64,000 nt of DNA, taken from assembly GCA_958296045.1 (NCBI GenBank), contig CATQHT010000003.1, positions 71,246 to 135,245 on the forward strand, given 5' to 3'. Under the pieces are notes generated by a model. The model did no database searches and had not been told where the DNA came from. It saw only the letters and a list, made by a program, of their open reading frames with translations. Within the stretch, counting starts at the first letter, position 1. Every line of letters begins with the position of its first letter. Shown here piece by piece: positions 37,401-45,002 of the stretch. The stretch comes from Rhodothermales bacterium (GTDB lineage Bacteria; Bacteroidota; Rhodothermia; Rhodothermales; Bin80). The translations under genes and the position numbers were made by a program.

Positions 37401-37454
37401 AGCACCGGCAGGAACCACGAAAAGCAGCGCAGCCAAACCACCTAACCACTTCAT
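34398..37454 (-). CDS. secreted BNR/Asp-box repeat protein (sortilin/VPS10-like double beta-propeller), about 1018 aa
   Basis: The ATG at 37454 gives the signal MKWLGGLAALLFVVPAGAQD. At least 11 Asp-box motifs (S/T-x-D-x-G-x-T/S-W) are present: TEDAGQSW, STDGGQSW, TVDGGLTW, SEDAGDTW, SNDRGRTW, SDDAGATW, LDGGATW, LDEGRTW, TRDGGATW, TEDFGASW, FDDGLQW. Confidence 0.8.
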   Translation of the reverse strand: MKWLGGLAALLFVVPAGAQDGTLAIYDEAHFEGLQYRMIGPARGGRVTAVAGHRDTPRTFYMGATGGGVWKTEDAGQSWLNVSDGAFSTGSIGAIDVADSDADIVYVGTGSDGIRSNVIIGRGMYKSTDGGQSWTFAGLKQAGQIGAVVVHPTNPDIVYVAALGNPFRANPERGVYKTVDGGLTWQQLLFVSDQTGAVDIELNPANADVVYAAMWRAERKPWTIISGDDKENGIYVSEDAGDTWTRSREGLPDGLTGKIDFAVTAADPSRVYALVEARPEVEGLYRSNDRGRTWRLISNEGYLMTRPFYYTNVDADPLDADVVWVNNLGLHRSDDAGATWRRVATPHGDNHDIWINPNDTNIMIQSNDGGANVTLDGGATWSTQHNQPTAELYQIDVDNRFPYWVYAGQQDNTTIAVPSVPPEYRPGGAESYWEAIGGCETGPAVPHPRNPDVVYSNCKGTFRRYSRTTGQEQHYYVGGVYLYGVNPATLPYRFQRVVPIEISPHDPQVIYHGSQYVHRTLDEGRTWETISPDLTAFRPERQVVSGAPITRDITGEEHYSTLYVIEVSPHDPDVIWTGANDGPVHVTRDGGATWTDVTPEAMPPEGRIQTIEPSPHMAGKAYIAGYRYLLGDFSPYIYRTEDFGASWTLLTSGDNGIPGGSPTRVVREDPDREGLLYAGTEFGLFVSFDDGLQWQSLQRDLPITPVTGIRVHRQDLVLSTMGRGFYIMDNVTTLHTLPEVVSSGASRHLYLIRPAYNIRYSSGRRNAAAAEYPPPGAIIDYYFADDQRDSVRLTIADAGGRVVRSYSGSAPRRAMAQEEQGMRAAPAPRRGAGTLDVSAGMHRLVWELRYDGARGVGAGPRAVPGSYMVTLESGSWRASQPLTILMDPRLAADGIAQADLEQQLAFNLELFDVMQQARGLVARIDTLHEAILSDERAGGLRTELQRLKDAVVTKRGDSYPAPMLIDQLGYLYRFTSQGFQSVGADAQERKRSLEAQLQEHVDMMVRLEARASDLFTGG

Positions 37455-37629
37455 AACGTTCGAAGCTGAATAAACCCAAAGGCACCGCGAGCTCCACCGC
37501 ACGATCGACGCTGTCGCCGCCCCGCCGTGAGCCAGCCTCGAGCGCGAAGATAACACAATCCAACCCAGACCGATTGCAGCCGTATGCACCAGACAAAAGA
37601 CATGGGCGGTAAAACGATTCCCGCTTCCC

Positions 37630-38541
37630 TTATTCTATCGTCAAGCTGAGCGAATCGATGGCCATTCCAGCAAAAATCCCCAGCGCACCTTCAACATTCG
37701 TCAGCGGCTCACGAAACTTCGGGCTATCACTGCCAGACACAAAGCGTGCGTAGGCCCCGGTGCTACGAATCAAGGCGATGCGCAGGCGATGCTGCGGCAA
37801 CACGACCGTAGAGTCCTCCACAGGCACCGCATACACGCCAGTCCAGTGGCGCCAACCTGCAGCATTGCGCGGGATATTCGCCTCACGCAACAGCTGTTCG
37901 GGCCGTAAGAAGTAATCATCAAGAGCCGTCCTGGAAGAAAGGGAAGGACGCAGCTCTGTGCGAATCCAATAGTCATCATCGACGCCCAACTCAGTAGCGT
38001 CCGCCTGCCACCGTAGCTTGACTTCGACCAGATACACGTAGCCGTCGGTCGCGCCTGTCCGCAGCGTATCAAAACGCAGCGTATCTATCTGCGTCAGGTC
38101 AATAAATAGCGAATCCAGTATGAGGCCGCTGAGGGGGCGCTCCGATGGAATCACTTGGATGCTGTCGAGCGCCAGGGGCGGAGGAATCCTGGTGGATGCG
38201 CGAGCACGGTGGCCCTGCCAGTCCACCTCCAACTCCAACTCGGCATGCTCCTGCAAGATGAGATCAGTGGCAGAACGATACATGCCCGGCGCTGCTACGA
38301 CGTAGGCATGGCTCTGGCCGTCCATCGTCACGGTGACCTCCGCATCTTCAACGACCACGGCGGCATCGGTGCCGTAAGGCTGCGACAGCGGAAGGGTGCG
38401 CCGAAGCCGCACCTCCGGCAACGATGCACCTACCTGGGCATAAGACTCGATCACCAGATGCGTTTCCACACCAGGATCCGTACCATCGCATCCGACAAGG
38501 AGGACACCCAGAATCATCGCCACGGATGCTACCGCTTTCAC
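37630..38541 (-). CDS. DUF4249-like lipoprotein partner of the TonB-dependent receptor
   Basis: 303 aa with MKAVASVAMILGVLLVGCDG (lipobox). The start overlaps the TBDR stop by 4 nt. It has the same size and position as 11691..12671. Confidence 0.55.
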   Translation of the reverse strand: MKAVASVAMILGVLLVGCDGTDPGVETHLVIESYAQVGASLPEVRLRRTLPLSQPYGTDAAVVVEDAEVTVTMDGQSHAYVVAAPGMYRSATDLILQEHAELELEVDWQGHRARASTRIPPPLALDSIQVIPSERPLSGLILDSLFIDLTQIDTLRFDTLRTGATDGYVYLVEVKLRWQADATELGVDDDYWIRTELRPSLSSRTALDDYFLRPEQLLREANIPRNAAGWRHWTGVYAVPVEDSTVVLPQHRLRIALIRSTGAYARFVSGSDSPKFREPLTNVEGALGIFAGMAIDSLSLTIE

Positions 38542-41177
38542 AACTCAACCTTGATTTCAATAAGCGGAATCAGCGGAAAGCCGAAACGGTTTTCCACCCC
38601 AACAGGTCCACTGGTCGAAGGGTCGTACACGCGGCCTATCACGTTACGCCGATTGGTGATATTGTAGACTTGAGCCTGTACGGTCACTTTATAGGACCTG
38701 AACCTGAACCAATAACTGGCCATCACTCCCAGCCGGAAAAAGTCGGGCAGCCGCCCGTTATTCACTACTGGGCGGTGGAGATACCGTTGGGGCACGTCGT
38801 CTAGCGGATCCTGCACCGCGTAACGCGCTACCGGCACCGTAATCGGGTAGCCGCTGCGCCACACGGCCGAGACGGAAACGGTAAAGGTCTGCACCTCGCG
38901 CAAGAGCGCCCATTGCAGAGACTGCGGCACATCATAGCGTGCCGGGCGATATGACCTGTCCAGCAGCTCTGGGGTGCGGCTCTCTGATCGGCCCGCCGCG
39001 TAGCTGAGCCAGTATTGCCAGGCACCACTGCGGGCTCGCGCCATAAATTCGAGGCCATACGCCCTTGCGCGCCCTCGCGTGTACTGCCCCAGAAGCGTTC
39101 CCAGCTCAATGCCAGGACCTTCCAGGCCGTCTTTGTCTCTCGTTTCGTCAATAGGCAATAGGATACCATTGGCTGTATGCCAGAACGCATCCAGCGACAC
39201 AGTCATGCCCAGCATCGGTGAGATAGCCGCGCCCAATGACGCGCTGAGGCTGCGGGAAGGATCCAGCATCCCGCTTGCGGGGACCCAGCGCGCCGACACC
39301 AAATCATACAAGAACGAGTAACGGTCACGGATGCGATGCACATACTGCACCTGTGCTCCAGCCGCACCGCGCAACACTACCGTACCAGCATCATACCGAA
39401 CACCCAGGCGGGGATCCAGCATCAAGCGGGAGCCGCCGCTCAAAATGCTTGCACGCAGCCCCGGCTGCACCTGCAAGGTGGCTGTCGGCTGCCATGTGTC
39501 CTGCACATAGCCAACCACCTCAAGCGCCAACAGGCGACTGTCCTGGTCCATCACATCCACCGACCCGGGCGTACGCTGTATATGCGCACTAAGCGTACTC
39601 CTGAACCTGCGACCCACAGCCCGCACTCCAGCGCGTATCTGGTGCGTTAGCGACGGATAGTAATCCACGTCCAACTTCAATCCGCTGTCATGCAGGTTGA
39701 CACGGTAGCGCGAAGTAACCGAGGAAGACACGACCGGCTGGATATAGATGCTTTCGGCGGCGATATAGTTTGACCAGTACAGCCCCGCGGTCAGAAACAG
39801 CCGATCAGAAAAGAGATACTGGTAACGGGCATTGGCCACATAGTTGTCCCAATGTGTGTCCACCTCAAAAAACAGCTCTGAAGGCCGCAGCCAGTCCCTT
39901 AAGCTCAATATGGACGTGAAGTTGAGCGTGATGTCAAACGGCAACCTGAGGTCAAACGCGTCACGACCGCCGTACACGCTCAGCGACAGCCGTTGCTGGC
40001 TAGTAGGCCGCCAAGTCACCTTGCTCGTGACATCCAGAAAGTAGTACCCGGTGCGCATAGTGTCGGCCACCCCACCGCTGCGTACTGGCTGAACAGTGCC
40101 GACGATTCTGTCCAGATATGAGCGGCGGACCGCCACCATTATGGAGGTCTTCTCGTTGAGCGGCGCCTCCACCAATAAGCGCCCGCTGACGATGCCCACG
40201 GCTGCGGACCCAGCGATCTCATCGCGGTGACCGTCCTTCAGTTCCGCATCCAGCACAGCCGAGAGGCGCCCCCCGTATTCGGCGGGAAACGAACCTCGAT
40301 ACAGCCGTACATCCTTGAATGCTTCCGACTGAAAAGTAGAAACGATGCTGAAGGCATGCCACGGATGGTAGATCGGAGCGCCATCCAGGAGGTATAGGAT
40401 CTGGTCCGGTGCGCTCCCACGTATCACCAGGCCGCTGGCGCTGGCGCCAGCCCGCTGCACTCCAGGTAGCCAGCGCAGTGAGTGCAGGAGGTCCGATTCG
40501 CCGGGCGCACCAGGCAACCGCTGCAGCATGCCGGTAGGCACACGCATGATGCCGGGCTCTACCGCAAACGGCTCCGTCTGCGGCGCTTCCACCACCTGCG
40601 TCTCCTGCACGATGGCTTCATGCCCCAACTGGAGATCCACTGTCGAATCGGCATCGGCCACCAACATCGTATCCAGTGTGCCGTATCCCATAAAGGAGAC
40701 CCGCGTTGCATATGCAGCTCTGGGCAGCCGAGATATCGCAAAGTAGCCTGCCTCATTGGTTGACGTTCCGAACCGAATATCCGCCAAATAGATGTTGGCC
40801 CCCGGAAGCCGCTCCCCTGAGTGCGCGTCAGACACAAAACCACGGATCATTCCGACCAGCCCAGGCTGTGGCTCAACAGGTACCGGCGTGAGCACATACT
40901 GGCGGCGGCGCAGGCGCTGCGCGCTGATGGGGGTATCCCCCAGGATGCAGCGGATGGCGCCTGCAAGGTCCACTCCGCGGTACTGACAAGAAACGCGGTA
41001 ACCCTGTACCAGACGCTCAGAATACACAAGGTCCACGCCTTGCAGGTCGCCAAAGGCTACTAGCGCATCGCGCAGGGTGACATCCTGAAAGTCAAGCTCG
41101 ATCGGTTGCGCGGGGACCGAGCCGATAGAAAGGAAAAAACAGCCTGCGAGAAGCGCAACATAACGCTTCGGCGGCAT
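38538..41177 (-). CDS. TonB-dependent receptor with STN signalling domain and CarboxypepD_reg-like domain
   Basis: 879 aa. It has a signal peptide, an STN-type segment (LDFQDVTLRDALVAFGDLQGVDLVYSERLVQG), then IRGFVSDAHSGERLPGANIYLADI…, a plug and a barrel ending …LIEIKVEL. Confidence 0.85.
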   Translation of the reverse strand: MPPKRYVALLAGCFFLSIGSVPAQPIELDFQDVTLRDALVAFGDLQGVDLVYSERLVQGYRVSCQYRGVDLAGAIRCILGDTPISAQRLRRRQYVLTPVPVEPQPGLVGMIRGFVSDAHSGERLPGANIYLADIRFGTSTNEAGYFAISRLPRAAYATRVSFMGYGTLDTMLVADADSTVDLQLGHEAIVQETQVVEAPQTEPFAVEPGIMRVPTGMLQRLPGAPGESDLLHSLRWLPGVQRAGASASGLVIRGSAPDQILYLLDGAPIYHPWHAFSIVSTFQSEAFKDVRLYRGSFPAEYGGRLSAVLDAELKDGHRDEIAGSAAVGIVSGRLLVEAPLNEKTSIMVAVRRSYLDRIVGTVQPVRSGGVADTMRTGYYFLDVTSKVTWRPTSQQRLSLSVYGGRDAFDLRLPFDITLNFTSILSLRDWLRPSELFFEVDTHWDNYVANARYQYLFSDRLFLTAGLYWSNYIAAESIYIQPVVSSSVTSRYRVNLHDSGLKLDVDYYPSLTHQIRAGVRAVGRRFRSTLSAHIQRTPGSVDVMDQDSRLLALEVVGYVQDTWQPTATLQVQPGLRASILSGGSRLMLDPRLGVRYDAGTVVLRGAAGAQVQYVHRIRDRYSFLYDLVSARWVPASGMLDPSRSLSASLGAAISPMLGMTVSLDAFWHTANGILLPIDETRDKDGLEGPGIELGTLLGQYTRGRARAYGLEFMARARSGAWQYWLSYAAGRSESRTPELLDRSYRPARYDVPQSLQWALLREVQTFTVSVSAVWRSGYPITVPVARYAVQDPLDDVPQRYLHRPVVNNGRLPDFFRLGVMASYWFRFRSYKVTVQAQVYNITNRRNVIGRVYDPSTSGPVGVENRFGFPLIPLIEIKVEL

Positions 41178-41298
41178 GGTAACGGGTCAATGCCAAGGAA
41201 ATACGCGCGAAAGACCGGTACAGCGCCGCCCGTCCATTGTTCCGCCTTTTGCCCTGTAGCAGCGAAGCACCTCGTCTGACAATGCCCGAGACGCTCTC

Positions 41299-42432
41299 CT
41301 AGAGGCTGCTTTCGGGTGCCCGCTGGTGCAAACGGAAACCGGACGATTTCGAGCCCTCAAGGGATGCATCCAGCGCCGCAGCCAGCGAAGTCAGGATATA
41401 CTCCGCCGTGTCCGTTGGTCCGAACGCGCCGCTGACCTCCTCTTCTTGGAGCGACTTGTCCAGTGCCACCTCCACACCGTATCGCTGCCCCAGCACACGC
41501 GCGACCTCCTCCATCGGGGTCGCATCGAAAAAGAGGAACCCAGTCCAGCCCAAGGCGTGCATCAGGTCTACCTGTTCCGGCGCGCTGGGGCTGCCGCCCG
41601 CCGCCACGCTGCTCATCTGACCAGGCGCAAGCGTCACAGGTTGCCCTGACGCGTGCTCGCCAGCAAGCTCAACTTGGCCACGCTCCAAAATGACGGTCGT
41701 CCGGCCATTTATTGCTCTAACCCCGAACCGTGTGCCGAGCACAGTGACGACCGCTTCTTCTGCACTGATGCGGAACGCCAAATCGCCGGGCACTACGTCG
41801 AACAGCGCACTGCCCGTCAGTATCACCTCGCGCCCAAAGTCCTTGCTGGTATAGCTGAGCTCCGCCTCTGCTACCAGGTGCACAGTAGAACCGTCCGGTA
41901 GCACCACCTCCTGCGCTTCCCCGCCAGACACGGCTATCGTCTGAATATCGCTGCGCGTGACAAGGTTCCCTACGAGTCCAGCAGCCACCAACACGACGAT
42001 GGCGGCAGCAATGCGCCACACTTGAGGTACCAACTTCAGAACCCGAACCGGCTGCTCCCAGCACTCCTCAAAGACATTACAATCCTCTTCGATGCGGGCC
42101 TCAATGTCACACAGTACCGGGCTGGCATCACGCAAGTCCGACATCATATCCTGATACGCGTCGATGGCCAGCAGCTCGTCCATCGACAGCGTATCCGCAT
42201 AACCGGCCTTTGCCAGAATGTATAGTACTACAGTGCGCCGCTCTGGAAGGGCGGCATGCAGGTCATCGCCCAACCTGACCTGCATCTGAAGCCACCGCTG
42301 CACGTCGAGCAAGAGTGAGGGATCGCTCTCTAACGCTTGACGACACGCCCGACGCTGCGCCGCGGTGAGTGGTGCATCGCTAAGCAGCAGTTCCTGCAGA
42401 ATTCCCATTTGTGTCTGCCCCAGGGGCGGCAT
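41299..42432 (-). CDS. FecR-family anti-sigma factor / transmembrane sensor
   Basis: I chose the start at ATG 42432 (MPPLGQTQMGILQELL…); the track ORF extends to 42621 into the sigma gene. It has one TM (VWRIAAAIVVLVAAGLVG) and a FecR domain (…LTGSALFDVVPGDLAFRISAEEAVVTVLGTRFGVRA…). Confidence 0.8.
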   Translation of the reverse strand: MPPLGQTQMGILQELLLSDAPLTAAQRRACRQALESDPSLLLDVQRWLQMQVRLGDDLHAALPERRTVVLYILAKAGYADTLSMDELLAIDAYQDMMSDLRDASPVLCDIEARIEEDCNVFEECWEQPVRVLKLVPQVWRIAAAIVVLVAAGLVGNLVTRSDIQTIAVSGGEAQEVVLPDGSTVHLVAEAELSYTSKDFGREVILTGSALFDVVPGDLAFRISAEEAVVTVLGTRFGVRAINGRTTVILERGQVELAGEHASGQPVTLAPGQMSSVAAGGSPSAPEQVDLMHALGWTGFLFFDATPMEEVARVLGQRYGVEVALDKSLQEEEVSGAFGPTDTAEYILTSLAAALDASLEGSKSSGFRLHQRAPESSL

Positions 42433-42553
42433 CTCTGTTGTTAGGTCGATGCCAGAAGGCAAAAAGTAACAGCGATGCGAAGCTTTTTGTCTCTGCGGCC
42501 GCCTGCCCCGCCTGCCCGATTCGGACCCGCCAACTGGTTCACTGGACTTTACA

Positions 42554-43174
42554 TCACGCCGGCCGCCGCACCTTCGGGGTCCACCCGGGCTGCTGGGCAA
42601 ATGCGCGACGCATCTTGTCAAATGCGCGCTTAACCTGCATCTTTACCGCCATCTCTGTGGTATCCAGAATTTTGGCAATCTCTTTGTACCGGTAGCCATA
42701 TTCACGTAGCTCGAGGATGCGTCGCGCATGGGGAGTCAGGATCGAGAGTGCACGCTCCAGGTCCATACGGCTGTCTGCCGCAATGCCGTGGTCTGACGAC
42801 ACCGCTGGCATAGCATCGGGATCATACAGGACCTCTTTGGCGCTGTAACGGCCGCGATACAGGTCCTGCAGCTCAAAGATGGCCGCCTTCATCGCAAAGG
42901 CTTTTAGGCGCTCGGGATCTTTGAGTGCTTCCAGACCGCCATGCACCCGCAGCAGCGTGTTCTGGACCAGATCATCGGTGTTCGCGGTGCGCCCCACACG
43001 CTTGACAAAGAAGGTGCGCAGCACACCCTCGAGGCGTCGCAACAGCACCTCGCGCGCACGCCGATCCCCGCGCTGCGCTTTGCGCACCAGTGCCGCATCA
43101 AATTGCTTCCGGGCCATGCCAGAGGGTAGAATGTTTTGGGCATGCCGCAAGAACCGGGCCATCTGGATGATCAC
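42554..43174 (-). CDS. ECF-type RNA polymerase sigma-70 factor
   Basis: Region 2 (…DDLVQNTLLRVHGGLEALKDP…) and region 4 HTH (…LELREYGYRYKEIAKILDTTEMAVKMQVKRA). An alternative start lies at 43117 (MARKQFD…). Confidence 0.85.
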   Translation of the reverse strand: MIIQMARFLRHAQNILPSGMARKQFDAALVRKAQRGDRRAREVLLRRLEGVLRTFFVKRVGRTANTDDLVQNTLLRVHGGLEALKDPERLKAFAMKAAIFELQDLYRGRYSAKEVLYDPDAMPAVSSDHGIAADSRMDLERALSILTPHARRILELREYGYRYKEIAKILDTTEMAVKMQVKRAFDKMRRAFAQQPGWTPKVRRPA

Positions 43175-43201
43175 CGCGTAGCCCTATGATTGCTCCTGGC
43201 G

Positions 43202-43699
43202 CTACCCGAGCTCCTCGAACCGATTCTTGTCGAAATTTTTGCGCACGAACGGCGGACGAAAAATCTGCCCGTTCATGGCGATGTATGCCCCTCGAGGCAG
43301 AGCTTGGACCGCGGCCAACGCGAATCCGATGTTGAATTCCGCGTCGCTGAACTTGAACCTTGCTGGCATGAGTGCCCCCACCAGCACGATAGTCTTATCA
43401 GGGGCGTCGCTCAGGTGATGCGCAGTGGCAATCATGGTGTCCGTGCCGTGCGTGATGAGGATGCGATGCTCACTGGCAGCCAGAACACGGCTTCTTATCA
43501 GGTCCCGATCCTCAGGCGTCAGGTCCATACTGTCTTTGGCCAACAGCGTGTCAATACGGTAAGGACAAGTGACACCAACGATGCGCAGGATCTCGGTGAT
43601 CTGCGGATCCCCCACGCTGTAGGCGCTATTGGCGTCAAAGTAGATCTTGTCGATGGTTCCCCCGGTCGTCAGAATCAGGATGGGTTCCCGGTGATCCAT
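43202..43699 (-). CDS. asparaginase-domain protein (short type I L-asparaginase-like)
   Basis: 165 aa with ILILTTGGTIDK (catalytic TGGTI motif) and …ILITHGTDTM…. Confidence 0.75.
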   Translation of the reverse strand: MDHREPILILTTGGTIDKIYFDANSAYSVGDPQITEILRIVGVTCPYRIDTLLAKDSMDLTPEDRDLIRSRVLAASEHRILITHGTDTMIATAHHLSDAPDKTIVLVGALMPARFKFSDAEFNIGFALAAVQALPRGAYIAMNGQIFRPPFVRKNFDKNRFEELG

Positions 43700-43817
43700 G
43701 GTACCTAGTGCCTGCTAACGTGTGTTCAGTGGCCCTGATGAGCCAGCACAACGCCTTTTTTCTATCAAAATAACGTATGCACACATGTGACACATTGCCT
43801 ATATCACAGGAGAAACA

Positions 43818-43834
43818 TATACTTAACAAGTATA
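43818..43834. promoter_or_regulatory. 7-3-7 perfect palindrome upstream of imuB (candidate operator)
   Basis: TATACTT-AAC-AAGTATA, ending 16 nt before the imuB ATG, inside an AT-rich 150-nt divergent intergenic region. Confidence 0.3.
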
Positions 43835-43850
43835 CTCCCATGCTCGTGTT

Positions 43851-45002
43851 ATGCCTCTCGCCTCCCGCTATGCTGTCGTCTATTGGCCCCGGATGGCGGC
43901 TCAGGTGTACTGCCCACCCAGCCGTCTAGTGATTCTCCATGAGCGTGGGCGCACCTTTATGGCATCCAAGGCTTTGGCTGGCTGGCGGACCGGCATGTCA
44001 CTAGCACGTGCCAGACGTCAGTATGACCACGCCACCTTCATAGAACGCAGCCATGCTCACGAATGTGCCGCCACCTGGACACTGATGCAGCGCTTGAGCG
44101 GTCTGACACCACGCGTGATGACCTTGCGTGCGGGGTGTTTTTTGCTCCAGGAGCCTGAGCTTATCGCATTCGCACACTTTGTCCAGCAGCATGGTCGAGT
44201 GCACGGAGGGGTCGCGCCCTTTAGCGAGTGGGCGCAGCTGGCTGCGCAGCAAGGCGCACCGGGCACGATTCGTCACGTAAGGGATCGCACCACTTTTCTC
44301 GAAGCGATGCCCGTCTTAGCACTGGCGGGCCTTTTGGGTGACGAAGGGCTGGAAGCTGCCGAGCGACTGCAGCTCTTCGGACTGCACACCCTGGCCATGG
44401 TGGATCGCCGGCTCACGAAGCAGCACCTTCGGGCCCAGTTCGGTCATGATTGCGGCACGCAGCTTGATCACATTCTGCGTCCTAGCTATCAGCCTTCCGT
44501 CCCAGTCTTCACGCCTGCGCGCAACGTGAGCGTAGCTCATGAGCTGGAAGGCCCCACGGCAATAGCGGCTCCCTGGGTCCAGCCGGTCCTTGCACGCTTG
44601 GCGCATCGTCTGGCCGCACAGCTCACGGGCATGGCTGCGCTCACCCTGGTACTGAAAGCCTTTATGGTCGGACGCGGCACCGTCAGTCGCAGCTATGTGA
44701 GTCAGCGCGGCCTCTCTTCGCGCACCGCCGTACACCACCGTGTAGTGCAGCTGCACGAATCCCTCAGCTCTAGCCTCCCCAGCGATGAAATGCTCTCCCT
44801 GCAGCTGATCGCCAGCCACCTCATCAGCGCGACCTATACCCAGAGGCAGCTGTATGCGCCGCGTGCAGAAACCCCCCGCCTCCAGCGGGCCATCTTTCTG
44901 ATCCAGCAACGCTATGGAGCATGCTCAGTGCTGCAGGTGAAGCACAAAGACTCCCTCTTTGCCGAGCAGCGCCTGACCTTGGCACCCTTTCAGCAGAATT
45001 GA
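43851..45002 (+). CDS. imuB: Y-family DNA polymerase-like protein, ImuB type (short form, 383 aa)
   Basis: It lies immediately upstream of dnaE2 and overlaps it (TGATG). It resembles the Y-family palm/little-finger (…AMPVLALAGLLGDEGLEAAERLQLFGLHTLAMVDRRLTKQHLRAQFG…). The N-terminus VVYWPRM lacks the catalytic DxD-type start, as in ImuB. Confidence 0.7.
   Translation: MPLASRYAVVYWPRMAAQVYCPPSRLVILHERGRTFMASKALAGWRTGMSLARARRQYDHATFIERSHAHECAATWTLMQRLSGLTPRVMTLRAGCFLLQEPELIAFAHFVQQHGRVHGGVAPFSEWAQLAAQQGAPGTIRHVRDRTTFLEAMPVLALAGLLGDEGLEAAERLQLFGLHTLAMVDRRLTKQHLRAQFGHDCGTQLDHILRPSYQPSVPVFTPARNVSVAHELEGPTAIAAPWVQPVLARLAHRLAAQLTGMAALTLVLKAFMVGRGTVSRSYVSQRGLSSRTAVHHRVVQLHESLSSSLPSDEMLSLQLIASHLISATYTQRQLYAPRAETPRLQRAIFLIQQRYGACSVLQVKHKDSLFAEQRLTLAPFQQN

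Noticed and set aside
37455-37589. 45-aa N-terminal extension of the BNR protein ORF (and similar extensions at 41299..42621 and 14083..15156)
   Set aside because: Internal ATGs give canonical signal, Tat or cytoplasmic N-termini. The extensions overlap neighbouring genes or intergenic DNA and are probably ORF-caller artefacts.
43782-43789. CACATGTG palindrome in the imuB upstream region
   Set aside because: An 8-bp palindrome is too short to distinguish from chance. The 7-3-7 palindrome nearer the start codon is the better operator candidate.
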